IMG/VR virus record: IMGVR_UViG_3300043726_000004
Coordinates: 37,819 to 101,818 of that record
DNA: 64,000 nucleotides
Strand: one strand, 5' to 3'
Origin: a virus
Lineage: Duplodnaviria > Caudoviricetes
Below are positions 35,529-45,260 of this stretch, one piece after another. The first letter of the stretch is position 1. The number at the start of each line of letters is the position of its first letter. Under the pieces are notes generated by a model. The model was not told where the DNA came from and did no database searches. It worked only from the letters and a program-made list of their open reading frames with translations. Position numbers and translations under genes: made by a program.

Positions 35529-37160
35529 TCAGAGGAAGGTTACCGTGCCAAGAACGGCCGCTTGTTGTGGACCAACTGTGACATTAGCGATGCCGCCGTT
35601 CATCGTCAGGTTGGAGTAGTCGGCAACACCAGGAGTGTCCAATATGACGGTGCCGACACGAGCGTACCTAACGTCGTTGTCCTGCTTGAGGGAGATCGAC
35701 TGCATGTACGTGTTGAGGCTCGCTGTTACTGCCGATTGGACGTTGGCGACGTCGTAACCCGATACGATCGTTAGTGCCATGGAGATATTGACTACGACTG
35801 GCACTGCCGCAATGACGTTGACAAACGCACCCGTAGGTGAAATCGTCTTACCCGACTGGCCAAACTCCGACTGGTACACAGTTCGGTCAAACCATACCTG
35901 TGCCGTCGCGTCCATGCCTGCAGCACCCTCTCGGATGACTTCCGCATGGAGATAGTCGGTACCGTTGTCGTAGTACCTCAGGATGAAGTCCTGGAAGTTA
36001 GTCGTCAGTTGTGCTGCTGTGATCGCCAACGTCGCATTGGCACCGCCTGGTGTCTGAACCGCCAGGGCAGCAGCCGAATCGTTCCAGATACGGACGGTAA
36101 TACAAGTTCCTGTACCGACGCCCGCACCGCGCTTGAGACGGAACCGTGCATCCCATTGGCCGCCGTGCTGCGGTTTCGCTGCCGTTGGCGACCTTATTGG
36201 GTCGGAGACGATGCCCTGTTGGTTATTCCTGTACTGCATCAGTACTGAATAACCGATGTCGTCCGTCTGGGTCTGGTCGATTGACAGCGTGCCTGTGGAC
36301 GACAGTGTCATGTTCTCGGCTTCGTCTTCAATCTTCCACGGCGGCGCTATGTAGTTCTGGACTGCGTCGATCAGTGACTGGCTGGCTGGCTGCCCGTTGG
36401 TGTCGATGATGGCGACAGTGACCTTGTCGAGACCAGGCCCGCCTGGTTCGTCGCTGCTGAGCACTGCAACTCCGCCAACACCTGCGACACTGAGCGCCCA
36501 GTTCGCATAGTCCGCTTCGGAACCAGATGCAGGAGGTGCCTGTACCAGTCTGAGGTACCGCAACAGGTATTCCTGATCCGACTCAAGGTTGACACCGCCC
36601 GTCGCCGGGTTCGGGTTCGTAACCTGAGTGATTCCAGGCACTGCATCCAAGAGGAATTGAACGGACAGGCTGGCAACGTTACCGTTCGCACCAGGAGTCA
36701 CCGCAGTACATGTCACATCTGCATAGCCCGATTGATTCAGGATCGCAGAACCGTTCGTAGCAAAGACTTGAGCCGGTACGTTAGCGACAACAGGCGTAGA
36801 AACGCGTGTACCAGCAGGAACCGTAACGCCTGGATTACCAAGGAAATGGACGACAACAGTAGCCGCTACTGCAGGATTTCTCGGAATGCCCTTCTCATTA
36901 CCCCCGAGATCCAGGTAAGGAGACCCGCCCGCACCCAGCTGCGGGGCCGTCTGCATGAACATCAACTGGCGTGTCTGGATCGCGACGTCGTTCATCAAGG
37001 ACATCTGGATGGCAATCGTCCGTAGGACGTTCCAGATGAAGGACCCCTCAGCCGCATTGAGGTTGAGGTTCAGAGCACGCCAGTTTACCAGCATCCTGTT
37101 CAGGATGACGTCGGTAGTCTGGCCGTCCGTGGCGTACAGCGGTGGGAAGATGTTGGGCAT
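35529..37160 (-). CDS. baseplate J-like protein with an inserted domain
   Basis: EGSFIW, YLD, GTRVST, GG.NLESD, DY.NWA; start revised to MPNIFP. Confidence 0.9.
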   Translation of the reverse strand: MPNIFPPLYATDGQTTDVILNRMLVNWRALNLNLNAAEGSFIWNVLRTIAIQMSLMNDVAIQTRQLMFMQTAPQLGAGGSPYLDLGGNEKGIPRNPAVAATVVVHFLGNPGVTVPAGTRVSTPVVANVPAQVFATNGSAILNQSGYADVTCTAVTPGANGNVASLSVQFLLDAVPGITQVTNPNPATGGVNLESDQEYLLRYLRLVQAPPASGSEADYANWALSVAGVGGVAVLSSDEPGGPGLDKVTVAIIDTNGQPASQSLIDAVQNYIAPPWKIEDEAENMTLSSTGTLSIDQTQTDDIGYSVLMQYRNNQQGIVSDPIRSPTAAKPQHGGQWDARFRLKRGAGVGTGTCITVRIWNDSAAALAVQTPGGANATLAITAAQLTTNFQDFILRYYDNGTDYLHAEVIREGAAGMDATAQVWFDRTVYQSEFGQSGKTISPTGAFVNVIAAVPVVVNISMALTIVSGYDVANVQSAVTASLNTYMQSISLKQDNDVRYARVGTVILDTPGVADYSNLTMNGGIANVTVGPQQAAVLGTVTFL

Positions 37161-37180
37161 AGGATGAAGAAGGGAGGGGG

Positions 37181-37351
37181 CTAGGGAACGATACCTGCGC
37201 CGAAGCCGAAAGCCAGGCCGAGCGGGATGAGATCCACTCCGCCGAGCGTCACGTGGAACGCTGCCAAGAGGAACAGGATGACTGCAATTGCCAATAGGAT
37301 CCAACGCAAGATGGACCACTGACTAACTGGACGCGGTGTTGCTACTGCCAT
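37181..37351 (-). CDS. 56-aa two-TM membrane protein (not in the ORF track)
   Basis: MAVATPRPVSQWSILRWILLAIAVILFLLAAFHVTLGGVDLIPLGLAFGFGAGIVP fills the gap exactly. Confidence 0.75.
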   Translation of the reverse strand: MAVATPRPVSQWSILRWILLAIAVILFLLAAFHVTLGGVDLIPLGLAFGFGAGIVP

Positions 37352-37352
37352 G

Positions 37353-37826
37353 CTATGCAAACCTCACAGGGAGTTGACCGATACGTCGCGGATCGCCGAT
37401 TGTCGGAACAATGTCGCACGTGACCATCATCGTATCTGGCCCCAAGGACCAGTCGAACTGGAAGTTGGTCACGTCTCTAGTCCGCTTGTCAGACGTCAAC
37501 GAATCACGGATGACGTGCACAGCCATTGCCTCGGCATCCGGCCGTGCGAACATGTGCATTACGAGGTTGAGGTCCGTACCATAGCGTCTCCTAAATACCA
37601 GGAATGCGTACCGCTGGATCATGATGGTCATCATGCACCACTGTTCCCAAGCCGTATATCCGTCGACCATGATCGGATTTCCCGACCCGTCAATCATCCA
37701 TGCCATCTTGACGAAGTCATAACCTGGCGCCGGAAGATAGGTAACGGGTGGCAACAATGCCTGGATTGCGGGAATAACCCGCGGCATTGTGAACGTGCTA
37801 TACAGTGGTTGCGCTGGTTGGGTCAT
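37353..37826 (-). CDS. gp25/XkdS-like (DUF2634) sheath initiator
   Basis: QW.....RY..L.....YGTDL, DKRT..V..F.F. Confidence 0.8.
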   Translation of the reverse strand: MTQPAQPLYSTFTMPRVIPAIQALLPPVTYLPAPGYDFVKMAWMIDGSGNPIMVDGYTAWEQWCMMTIMIQRYAFLVFRRRYGTDLNLVMHMFARPDAEAMAVHVIRDSLTSDKRTRDVTNFQFDWSLGPDTMMVTCDIVPTIGDPRRIGQLPVRFA

Positions 37827-38185
37827 AAGGTGCCCGCTATACCTAGGGATGCTACTACCACACCGATGACCACGGCATAGGAACCAACCCAGGCTACGAG
37901 GAGCACGTCGTTGGCCTGTGCTGGGGTGAATTGAGGTGGCATTGTAACATCATGAGTATGCGCGGTCCCAGTAGTCGGTGGGCCTGACGTCTGGGTCATG
38001 TCCTCCTCTCGTAAGAACGTGCCTCTCAACCAGTAGTACTGCGTATGAGGTATAACCTTGGGGAATACGTGCGTGTGGAGTCCATCGGAGTCGACGTAGC
38101 CCCAATCCAGTACAGGGGGCGTCTCCGCGTGAGCGTTGAATATCTCCTGGAATGCTGCGTGGAACGCTGCTGCTCCTTCCGGCAC
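37823..38185 (-). CDS. baseplate spike-like protein
   Basis: HTHDV, DVLLVAW; position. Confidence 0.65.
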   Translation of the reverse strand: MPEGAAAFHAAFQEIFNAHAETPPVLDWGYVDSDGLHTHVFPKVIPHTQYYWLRGTFLREEDMTQTSGPPTTGTAHTHDVTMPPQFTPAQANDVLLVAWVGSYAVVIGVVVASLGIAGTL

Positions 38186-38187
38186 GG

Positions 38188-39477
38188 CTAAAATCCAGTA
38201 TCTTCATAGGAGGCACCACCAGTGGACTGCTCCACAGAACGGGCTTCCGCAGTCGCTTGAGCCGCAATAGCTGCCGTACCACCTGACTGGACTTTGAGCG
38301 GGATCTCTGGGTACACGCGGACCCTTACGCTTTGATCCTCGTCCGCGGGACCACCGACACCGTTCATGCTCTGACGCTTGACCTTCTTGAAGTTCAACGT
38401 CCCCTTGTTGTTGACGGTCAACGTCATCTTGTGGTTAGCGACGTCTCGAGTGAGTCCAGACACGATGAAGCGACCGTCCAACGTTCCGATGTGGAAGTGG
38501 ATATAGTCTCCACGCCGTAGAAACGGAATGTCAGGCATCTGGACCTTCTGCTGCCGATTAGGCTCACCGCGAGCATCCATCATCAACTGCGCCGTCTCGG
38601 ACATGGCGTTCGGATCGTCAACCGATAACTGTGACGCGGTGTTGAGAACTTCACGTATCTTGCCGAATCGCTGCCGGTACGGACTCGTTATGACTTGACC
38701 TTGAGGTGCAACATCCATTTCACCTGGTTGTGCCAAGTGGTCAGGAGAGTCATCAGCAGGACCAGGAGCAGACACCGATCCAACACGTATCTCAGTGACT
38801 AACTGCGATATATCCTCTTGATCGTCCCACTGTTCGGCAATGAGACCGTCGACGTAGTAGATGGGCTGATTCTGACCCGGCGGCACAATCTCGACTTTGC
38901 CAAGCCGCGAACGAATGTAGAACTCGCCGCCGCCCTTGTTGAACACGTTCTGGAATATAGTGTTGACTAGCTCCGCCATCGAGCCGGTAAACTTGTACTG
39001 CGGTAACGTCGAGTTTGGCCCGAAAGGAAACACGGTGCCCAGCTCGTATTCGTAGTCAGTGAGGACCTGTTTGAGGAACGTCATGGCGTCATCGCCCACG
39101 TTCGTCATGTAGTCGTCCTTAGACTGTGTCAGCCGTCTGAGAGCGTCGTACGCCGTGATTTCCAGACGCATTCCCTCTCGAGCAGTCGAGTGAAGACCTG
39201 TCGTCCAGCAAATACCCTGCCAGATTTCTGTGAAGCCTTCACCCCAGTCAGCCATGAGTTGCAGGTGTGCACCGAGTGCCATAACTTCGTTCAAGTAGCC
39301 CCAAGGCGTCATGGAGTTAGTCATCGACGCTGTGAGCCTAACCGCGACCTCCGTGTCGATCTCTTCGGTGTTGATGCTGTCGATGATGGCGGAGGGGACT
39401 TCGAATATGGAGCCATCAGGCAGAATGACACTAAGCCTGTACCTAATGACTGAGACGTCGAGTCCTGCTTGAGGCAT
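38188..39477 (-). CDS. baseplate hub (XkdQ-like)
   Basis: ITAYD, DIPFLRRGD; position after the LysM gene. Confidence 0.8.
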   Translation of the reverse strand: MPQAGLDVSVIRYRLSVILPDGSIFEVPSAIIDSINTEEIDTEVAVRLTASMTNSMTPWGYLNEVMALGAHLQLMADWGEGFTEIWQGICWTTGLHSTAREGMRLEITAYDALRRLTQSKDDYMTNVGDDAMTFLKQVLTDYEYELGTVFPFGPNSTLPQYKFTGSMAELVNTIFQNVFNKGGGEFYIRSRLGKVEIVPPGQNQPIYYVDGLIAEQWDDQEDISQLVTEIRVGSVSAPGPADDSPDHLAQPGEMDVAPQGQVITSPYRQRFGKIREVLNTASQLSVDDPNAMSETAQLMMDARGEPNRQQKVQMPDIPFLRRGDYIHFHIGTLDGRFIVSGLTRDVANHKMTLTVNNKGTLNFKKVKRQSMNGVGGPADEDQSVRVRVYPEIPLKVQSGGTAAIAAQATAEARSVEQSTGGASYEDTGF

Positions 39478-39480
39478 AGG

Positions 39481-40413
39481 TTACGGTGCGGCTTCCGTTT
39501 CTGTCTGAGTCGCATCAGTGCCAGCACCCACTCCCTGCATGACCTCCGAGCTACCAACAGGTACCGCAGGAGGTAAGGTTAGGAGCATACCGGGCTGAAG
39601 GGAATTAGGATCGGAGATGGTATCCGTGTTGGCGTTGTAGATGTCGCGCCACTTGGACCCGTCTCCGTATGTCGCCTGAGCAATTGCCCAAAGGCTATCG
39701 CCTTCGTTCACGGTGTACTGCTGTGGAGTATCATCCGGACGATCTTCGTCCGAATCTGTCTGGTCAGGAGTTTCAGTCGTGAGTGCGTCGTCGTTACCTA
39801 CGTTCGGCTGATCCTCCGTACGGATGATGATTGGGCGATACTCCTTCAGGGTGAGGTTGATCATCTCATCGCCGATCGGATCCCCAATCTTCCTAGTCCA
39901 CGACTGGATATAGCAGTACCAAGTAATCGGGTAGTACTTACCCGAAATGGTCAGGACGAGAACTTGAGAGTCGTCCTGCCACAGTTCAAGCTGGGCCGCG
40001 ACCTGCTCAGCGGTAAGAACGAAAGGTTCCGGAATCTCGACCTTCCGGCACCAGCCTGGACACCACGCCGTGAAGGACAAGACCTTGGGATTGGGCCCCA
40101 AAGGTTGCGGCGCGTCTCCTTGATCGATCGGTACAAACGCCAACTCCCGTGTGTCACGCTGGATGTTCGCCGTGTCAGGCGCAATGGGCAGTTTGAGGAT
40201 GACACCGCCACCGGTCAGAGTGTAACCAAGACCTGCAGCAGTATTCCAACCTTGTGCAAACGTACCGCCAACCGGTACGTCGGGGTGCGCGTCGCCAGGT
40301 AACGGAGTAGGGATGAATGGCAGTCGGGGATCAACAACAAGGTTGGAGTCCAGAGAGCGACCCGTACCACGAGGCTCTGTCGACAAACGCCGGATTGTAC
40401 CTAACACTGCCAT
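39481..40413 (-). CDS. LysM-domain tail tube initiator (XkdP-like)
   Basis: YTVNEGDSLWAIA...YGDGSKWRDIYNAN...LQPG. Confidence 0.9.
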   Translation of the reverse strand: MAVLGTIRRLSTEPRGTGRSLDSNLVVDPRLPFIPTPLPGDAHPDVPVGGTFAQGWNTAAGLGYTLTGGGVILKLPIAPDTANIQRDTRELAFVPIDQGDAPQPLGPNPKVLSFTAWCPGWCRKVEIPEPFVLTAEQVAAQLELWQDDSQVLVLTISGKYYPITWYCYIQSWTRKIGDPIGDEMINLTLKEYRPIIIRTEDQPNVGNDDALTTETPDQTDSDEDRPDDTPQQYTVNEGDSLWAIAQATYGDGSKWRDIYNANTDTISDPNSLQPGMLLTLPPAVPVGSSEVMQGVGAGTDATQTETEAAP

Positions 40414-40416
40414 GCG

Positions 40417-43400
40417 CTAAGGCCGCCTCACCGGTGTGTTTCCGTGTGCATCGAGCCAGAGTTCACCGATTCGTCCCATCAGGCGGTCGGCCAACCCATT
40501 GACAACATCTCCCGCAACGTCCACTCCGCCGCCTTGGACCACAACCGCTCCAGCAGAGATGGCCCCTGCGTCCAAGTGAAGATGGACACCGCCATCGCCG
40601 CCGCCACCCATACGTGAACGGTACGCTTCGATGTCACCGCCTTCACCAAAGAGGTACGGGAGTCCCGAATGCGACCCCACCCCGAATACGGACTCGAGAA
40701 TCGGACCACCATATTGATACCCCTGATACGGACCACGATTGGCCCACTCAATCAACGAACCGATACCACCGTACCGCTTGTTGATGTAGTTGATGGTCGA
40801 CAAGGCCTGATCGAGTGGGTTAGTGGGGTCTCCATGTCCAGGATCGGCGTAGGCTCTGAACGTGTCGGGCATCTCCTGACCGATACCGAACGCTTTGCCT
40901 GACTGAGCTGCTGCCGCAATGTCCACGTTACCGCCGGCACCGTAGTACGCAGCAGGATTCAACGACGCGTTCTCGTGCTGACGCAGGAAGGACATGATTC
41001 TCGTCAAGTCTTCCATGCTGATGCCCTTCATCTGGGCTGCTAGTCGCAGTGCTTGCTCGCCTGACAGGCTCTTGGTGTCTGCTCCACCGAGCGGTGCGCC
41101 TCCGGGCCCCTGATTCAGGAGGTTCATCGCCGCACCACCTTTAGTGGCTTCGATGAACGTCCTAACTCCGCCACCTGTGATCGGTAACGCCGCCATCTGC
41201 GCCAACGTCATGTCAGCAGCGCCACCTCGCAGTGCGGTGCCTGTAGTTCCTACGTGGTAGGCACCCGTTTCGGGGTTGTATCCAGTTGCCAAGAAGTAAT
41301 GGCCTGGTGTGTCGAGCGTGATTGCTTCACCACGCTGCAACGCCGCCTGTGCCTGCTCCTGAGTGACTTCCTTCGCTGCATAACCCATACCACGCAGGAG
41401 GTCTTCGTAGCCACCAGGACCTGACATGCCACGACCTGCAGCCCAGTCACCGCGGGAGACCGCCATTGTCTGGACGTCAGCAAGTTTGGCCGCATCGCCG
41501 AAGCCGCGAGCTACACCTTGGGCAGCGATGAGCCCGCAAGCATCGGCGACACGGTCCGCTGACAGCCCTGCAGCAGTCAGGGCTTCTACTGTTTGGGGGG
41601 TAGTAAGTTCAGTACCTGCACCGACACCAACTCCACCTCCGCCACCCGTTTTCCAGGCGGCAAGGATGTTACTGGGATCAAGGATATCCTGCATTTCTGT
41701 AACCAGACGATGCAAGTCTTCCATGAGGTCCAGCTTGTTGTCGTCAATACCCTTGATTAGGCCTTGGATGATATCTTGGCCCTGATCGATGAAGTACGGC
41801 GCGGGAGACTGTCCCCAGGTCAATTGATCCTGAATAACGTCATGCGTATCCTGCAGAGACTGCTGTTGTTCCTTCGTTTCACTGGCAGCACCTTCGGCAA
41901 TACCCTGGATAATCGCCTGACCCTGTGTGATACCGTGCCTCTTCTGAATCTCGGCCGCGAAGGCAGGGTCTTCCTGCATCTTCATGGCCAAGTCCTTTTC
42001 CAGCTTGAGGTAGCTGTCACTGATGTAGGACAGCGGAATCTCACCCACGGCGAAGGCCTCTACAATAGCCCTTTGTCTTCCGATAACGCCTCCGCCAAGT
42101 TCTGGAGCATACTTCTCCGCAGCAGCCTGTTGCGCTGCCTGCGCCTCGTTGGAGTACTGCAGCGAGCCAATAGGCGCAGCGTAGGGACTTGCTTCCCAGC
42201 CTGCTACCTGCTGCTTATACGCCTCTCCCGACTTCTGTAGCCAGCCAAGAATGCCACCCTCTTCCTTCAGCCACGGACCAAGTCCTGGGATATCCGTGGC
42301 GGAAGGTACTTTGATGGTGTGCTCGTTTTGCCACTGGATGAACTTGTCCAGCTCTTGGAGTACATCCCTGATGGCGTCGGCGATCGCCTTGAATGCTTCG
42401 GCGACAGTCTTGAGACCCTCAACGAAGTCCTTAGCGTTCTGCTGTACCTGCTCTTGATGAGCACGTTGTTGTTCAGCTTCTTTCGCCCAGCCACCGGTCT
42501 TAGCCAACTCGGCCTCGATCGCTGCCTGCTCCTCAGGTGTTCGACCAGGCGCAACCGGCGCAGGTTGTTGAACTGCATGGCCAAAAATGGAAGCGATCGC
42601 ACCAGCACCTTCAACGATGGACTTAAGGCCTTCGCCAAAGGTCGCGAACACTCCTTGCTTCTCCATCTCACTGTAGACGGTTGTGAGCCAAGTCCAAACG
42701 TCTTGGAGCGTCTTGGAGACTTTGTCCCACCCACCTTGCAGGTCTGGAAGACCCTCATGAGTCAACCAGTCAATTGCCTTCGGGATATTGGTGGCTAGGA
42801 AGTCCCAAAGATCCTGGAATGCACGTCTACCGTCTCTCTCCCACCACTGACCGAACTCGTCCAGTTTCTGGAGGAACGTGGGCCAACCGACAGTACGGAT
42901 CCACTCGATCGCGTCCCGAAGTCTAGGACCGAGCCACTCTGCGAACTGCTGGAGTGCAGGGATACCAGTCATGGCAAGCCAGTCCATAAGTTCGCGAAGG
43001 ACTTCCAGGAATCCGCCTGTAAGTGCATCCACAATCTGTCGGATGACACGACCGAAAGAGCCCATATGGTCAGTCAAGTCGTCGAAGACCTGCCGACCTA
43101 CCATACCCAGCATGTCCAGAAATGAGGTCGACTCTCGGAACTCGCGGGACTTGAAGACGGTATCGAGTGAATGACCAAGAGCACTGACAGCACCTACGAC
43201 GGTTGTGCCAATCGTGTTACCGAACAGTTCCAAGGCATGTGACAATGCTTCGGTAGAAGCACTACCCTGATTGAACCAACTGATCAAGGCCTCCATACCC
43301 TGTTCGAGAGGCTTGGCAATACCTTGACCGAAGCGGACCAGAATGTCGTTGTTGATGATGTCCTCGATGGTTGACCAAAGACCTTCGAGCGTATGCTCTT

Positions 43401-44223
43401 GTTTCTCCATCAAACCACCGAAGCGGGACTCCATACCTTCGGCTAACAGCCGCAACGAACGGTTAGCAGGGAGCACACCGTTCTGCATCCAGTTCTGGAT
43501 CTGCTTCGTCGTAGTACCGTACCCTTCAGCAAGGATCTGAAGGGCAGGAACGCCGACTCGTTGGAGTTCCATCACATCTCTGGCCGTAACCCTACCTTGG
43601 GCAGCGATGCGCTGGAAGTCCAATGAGATGGCCTGAATGCCTGCACGACCTCGACCCAGGCCTGATGCGGCGTCCCCGATAGCGGTCATAAACGGAATGA
43701 TGCGTTCTGCGTTGATGCCTACCGCTAACAGGTTCTCCGCCGCTTCACGTAGTTCGGGGAACGTGAACGGTGTGTAGTTAGCGAAGTCCCTCAACTTGGT
43801 CAGCATTTCATTACCACGCTCTGCCGAACCGAGGAACTGGGTGAAGGCGATCTGGGCCTCTTCAAGGTCGGAGGCAAGCTTCAACGGCCAAGCCATGGCA
43901 CCAACGGCCGCTGCCGCGATAACGCCAGTCCGGTAGTTGATGAACGTTCTCAGAAGGCTGTTGATCGCACCGATGGGCGCGGTCACAGCAGACGTAATGA
44001 AGGAGAACATTCCACCGATCGCGTCGGAGATGCCTTTGATGGCACCACCAAGCACCGGAATCGGCTGCAGGATGCTCGAGACAAACCCACCCCATGCACC
44101 CGTCGCACCATTCACCGCGTTCTGGAAGGAACTGATTTGGTTCAGTGCCTGACCAAACGCCTGTGGCGCCATGTTAGTGGCGTTGATGTTGACGTTGATG
44201 CGATAGGTCGCGCCAGCAGCCAT
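40417..44223 (-). CDS. tape measure protein with C-terminal peptidase-like and lytic transglycosylase-like domains
   Basis: FANYTPF tape domain; Trp-periodic helices; HE...NP, GIGQ, YINKRYG. Confidence 0.92.
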   Translation of the reverse strand: MAAGATYRINVNINATNMAPQAFGQALNQISSFQNAVNGATGAWGGFVSSILQPIPVLGGAIKGISDAIGGMFSFITSAVTAPIGAINSLLRTFINYRTGVIAAAAVGAMAWPLKLASDLEEAQIAFTQFLGSAERGNEMLTKLRDFANYTPFTFPELREAAENLLAVGINAERIIPFMTAIGDAASGLGRGRAGIQAISLDFQRIAAQGRVTARDVMELQRVGVPALQILAEGYGTTTKQIQNWMQNGVLPANRSLRLLAEGMESRFGGLMEKQEHTLEGLWSTIEDIINNDILVRFGQGIAKPLEQGMEALISWFNQGSASTEALSHALELFGNTIGTTVVGAVSALGHSLDTVFKSREFRESTSFLDMLGMVGRQVFDDLTDHMGSFGRVIRQIVDALTGGFLEVLRELMDWLAMTGIPALQQFAEWLGPRLRDAIEWIRTVGWPTFLQKLDEFGQWWERDGRRAFQDLWDFLATNIPKAIDWLTHEGLPDLQGGWDKVSKTLQDVWTWLTTVYSEMEKQGVFATFGEGLKSIVEGAGAIASIFGHAVQQPAPVAPGRTPEEQAAIEAELAKTGGWAKEAEQQRAHQEQVQQNAKDFVEGLKTVAEAFKAIADAIRDVLQELDKFIQWQNEHTIKVPSATDIPGLGPWLKEEGGILGWLQKSGEAYKQQVAGWEASPYAAPIGSLQYSNEAQAAQQAAAEKYAPELGGGVIGRQRAIVEAFAVGEIPLSYISDSYLKLEKDLAMKMQEDPAFAAEIQKRHGITQGQAIIQGIAEGAASETKEQQQSLQDTHDVIQDQLTWGQSPAPYFIDQGQDIIQGLIKGIDDNKLDLMEDLHRLVTEMQDILDPSNILAAWKTGGGGGVGVGAGTELTTPQTVEALTAAGLSADRVADACGLIAAQGVARGFGDAAKLADVQTMAVSRGDWAAGRGMSGPGGYEDLLRGMGYAAKEVTQEQAQAALQRGEAITLDTPGHYFLATGYNPETGAYHVGTTGTALRGGAADMTLAQMAALPITGGGVRTFIEATKGGAAMNLLNQGPGGAPLGGADTKSLSGEQALRLAAQMKGISMEDLTRIMSFLRQHENASLNPAAYYGAGGNVDIAAAAQSGKAFGIGQEMPDTFRAYADPGHGDPTNPLDQALSTINYINKRYGGIGSLIEWANRGPYQGYQYGGPILESVFGVGSHSGLPYLFGEGGDIEAYRSRMGGGGDGGVHLHLDAGAISAGAVVVQGGGVDVAGDVVNGLADRLMGRIGELWLDAHGNTPVRRP

Positions 44224-44340
44224 GGTCTGTTAGTCCTTCACCCCACCTGCGCGCCTAGACGGAGGAGACAAAGCCAGCCAGGCTCGAGCCGCAAAGGTGT
44301 GCCGGAGTGACTAAGGGTGGTTTGCGCGGGAATTTTCACC

Positions 44341-44562
44341 CTAGAAAATCCGCGCACCGGCTTGGGCCTTCATGATCATCATCTGCTCTTCGTCGTAGCC
44401 CATGAACCCGCCTTTCATGAACGCCAACTCACCTTCGGACCAAAGTTCCGTCGATCCTGGTGGGAGTTCGCCTAATAGTTCGCGTGGCCGTTTACCCATC
44501 TGGAAGCACAGTCGCCAAAGTACGTATGCTTCACCGCGCGCCCTAACTAGGTCTTTTAGCAA
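44341..44562 (-). CDS. tail assembly chaperone, second frame (T-like)
   Basis: Overlaps the chaperone end and precedes the tape measure gene. Confidence 0.7.
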   Translation of the reverse strand: MLKDLVRARGEAYVLWRLCFQMGKRPRELLGELPPGSTELWSEGELAFMKGGFMGYDEEQMMIMKAQAGARIF

Positions 44563-45163
44563 CTCCTTCTACTCGTTGGCTCCTCGCGCCTAAGGTTTCA
44601 ATCAGGTTGATGACCCGGTCGATTTCCGGCGCGTAAAGGCAGGCTTGGATGGTTGCAACTGCACGGACGTACTTGTTGAGGTTCTTGTAGTCTCCCGCGT
44701 CGATGAGCCCTTCGCTGTAGAGGGTCTCCTGCGTGCGGGGGTCTTCCCAAATGGACTTGTCAACAGTCGCCGTGTAAATCTGGAGCGCACGCTGATTGGC
44801 AGCACTGGTGCGTCTCATGTCCGGCATGACCATACCGCTAGGGGTCTCGGTGTATTCCATGAACTCGCGTTGCGCCGTCTCACGCTGTTTGTCCGTAAGA
44901 CCGTTTACGTCGAATTCGAGGACTACCACTTCCTCGTCGGTGTCGGACGTCTCGTCAGGTCGAGCGATCTCGATGTGCATCGTCCTTGTCTTGACCTGAC
45001 GTGCGGCCGCAAGCACGCCTTGCAGCAGAGGGCGTTCGTTCCTCAGGATGTCTTTCCGGCGAGACTCGGTCATCGGACCCACACCCGGTTCCGGTGCTTC
45101 CGGTGCAGGTCTCTGAACACCGTTGGTACTTTGCTCGATTACGGTTGTTTCCTGTTCCGGCAT
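44543..45163 (-). CDS. tail assembly chaperone
   Basis: Lies between the tube and tape measure genes. Confidence 0.8.
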   Translation of the reverse strand: MPEQETTVIEQSTNGVQRPAPEAPEPGVGPMTESRRKDILRNERPLLQGVLAAARQVKTRTMHIEIARPDETSDTDEEVVVLEFDVNGLTDKQRETAQREFMEYTETPSGMVMPDMRRTSAANQRALQIYTATVDKSIWEDPRTQETLYSEGLIDAGDYKNLNKYVRAVATIQACLYAPEIDRVINLIETLGARSQRVEGVAKRPS

Positions 45164-45194
45164 GAGTTACCCCTCTCTTGTCGGCCGTTTGGCA

Positions 45195-45228
45195 AGAGTA
45201 ACGAAAGGGGCGGAGTGAGACGCCCCTT
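45195..45228 (-). terminator. terminator-like hairpin after the tube gene
   Basis: AAGGGGCG-N8-CGCCCCTT followed by TCGTT. Confidence 0.55.
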
Positions 45229-45260
45229 CCGGCACGTAGCGCAGCGTGTGGCAGGACAGA

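Noticed and set aside
35529-37319. 596-aa baseplate J as given in the ORF track
   Set aside because: The first 53 codons overlap a better 56-aa membrane ORF; the start was moved to 37160
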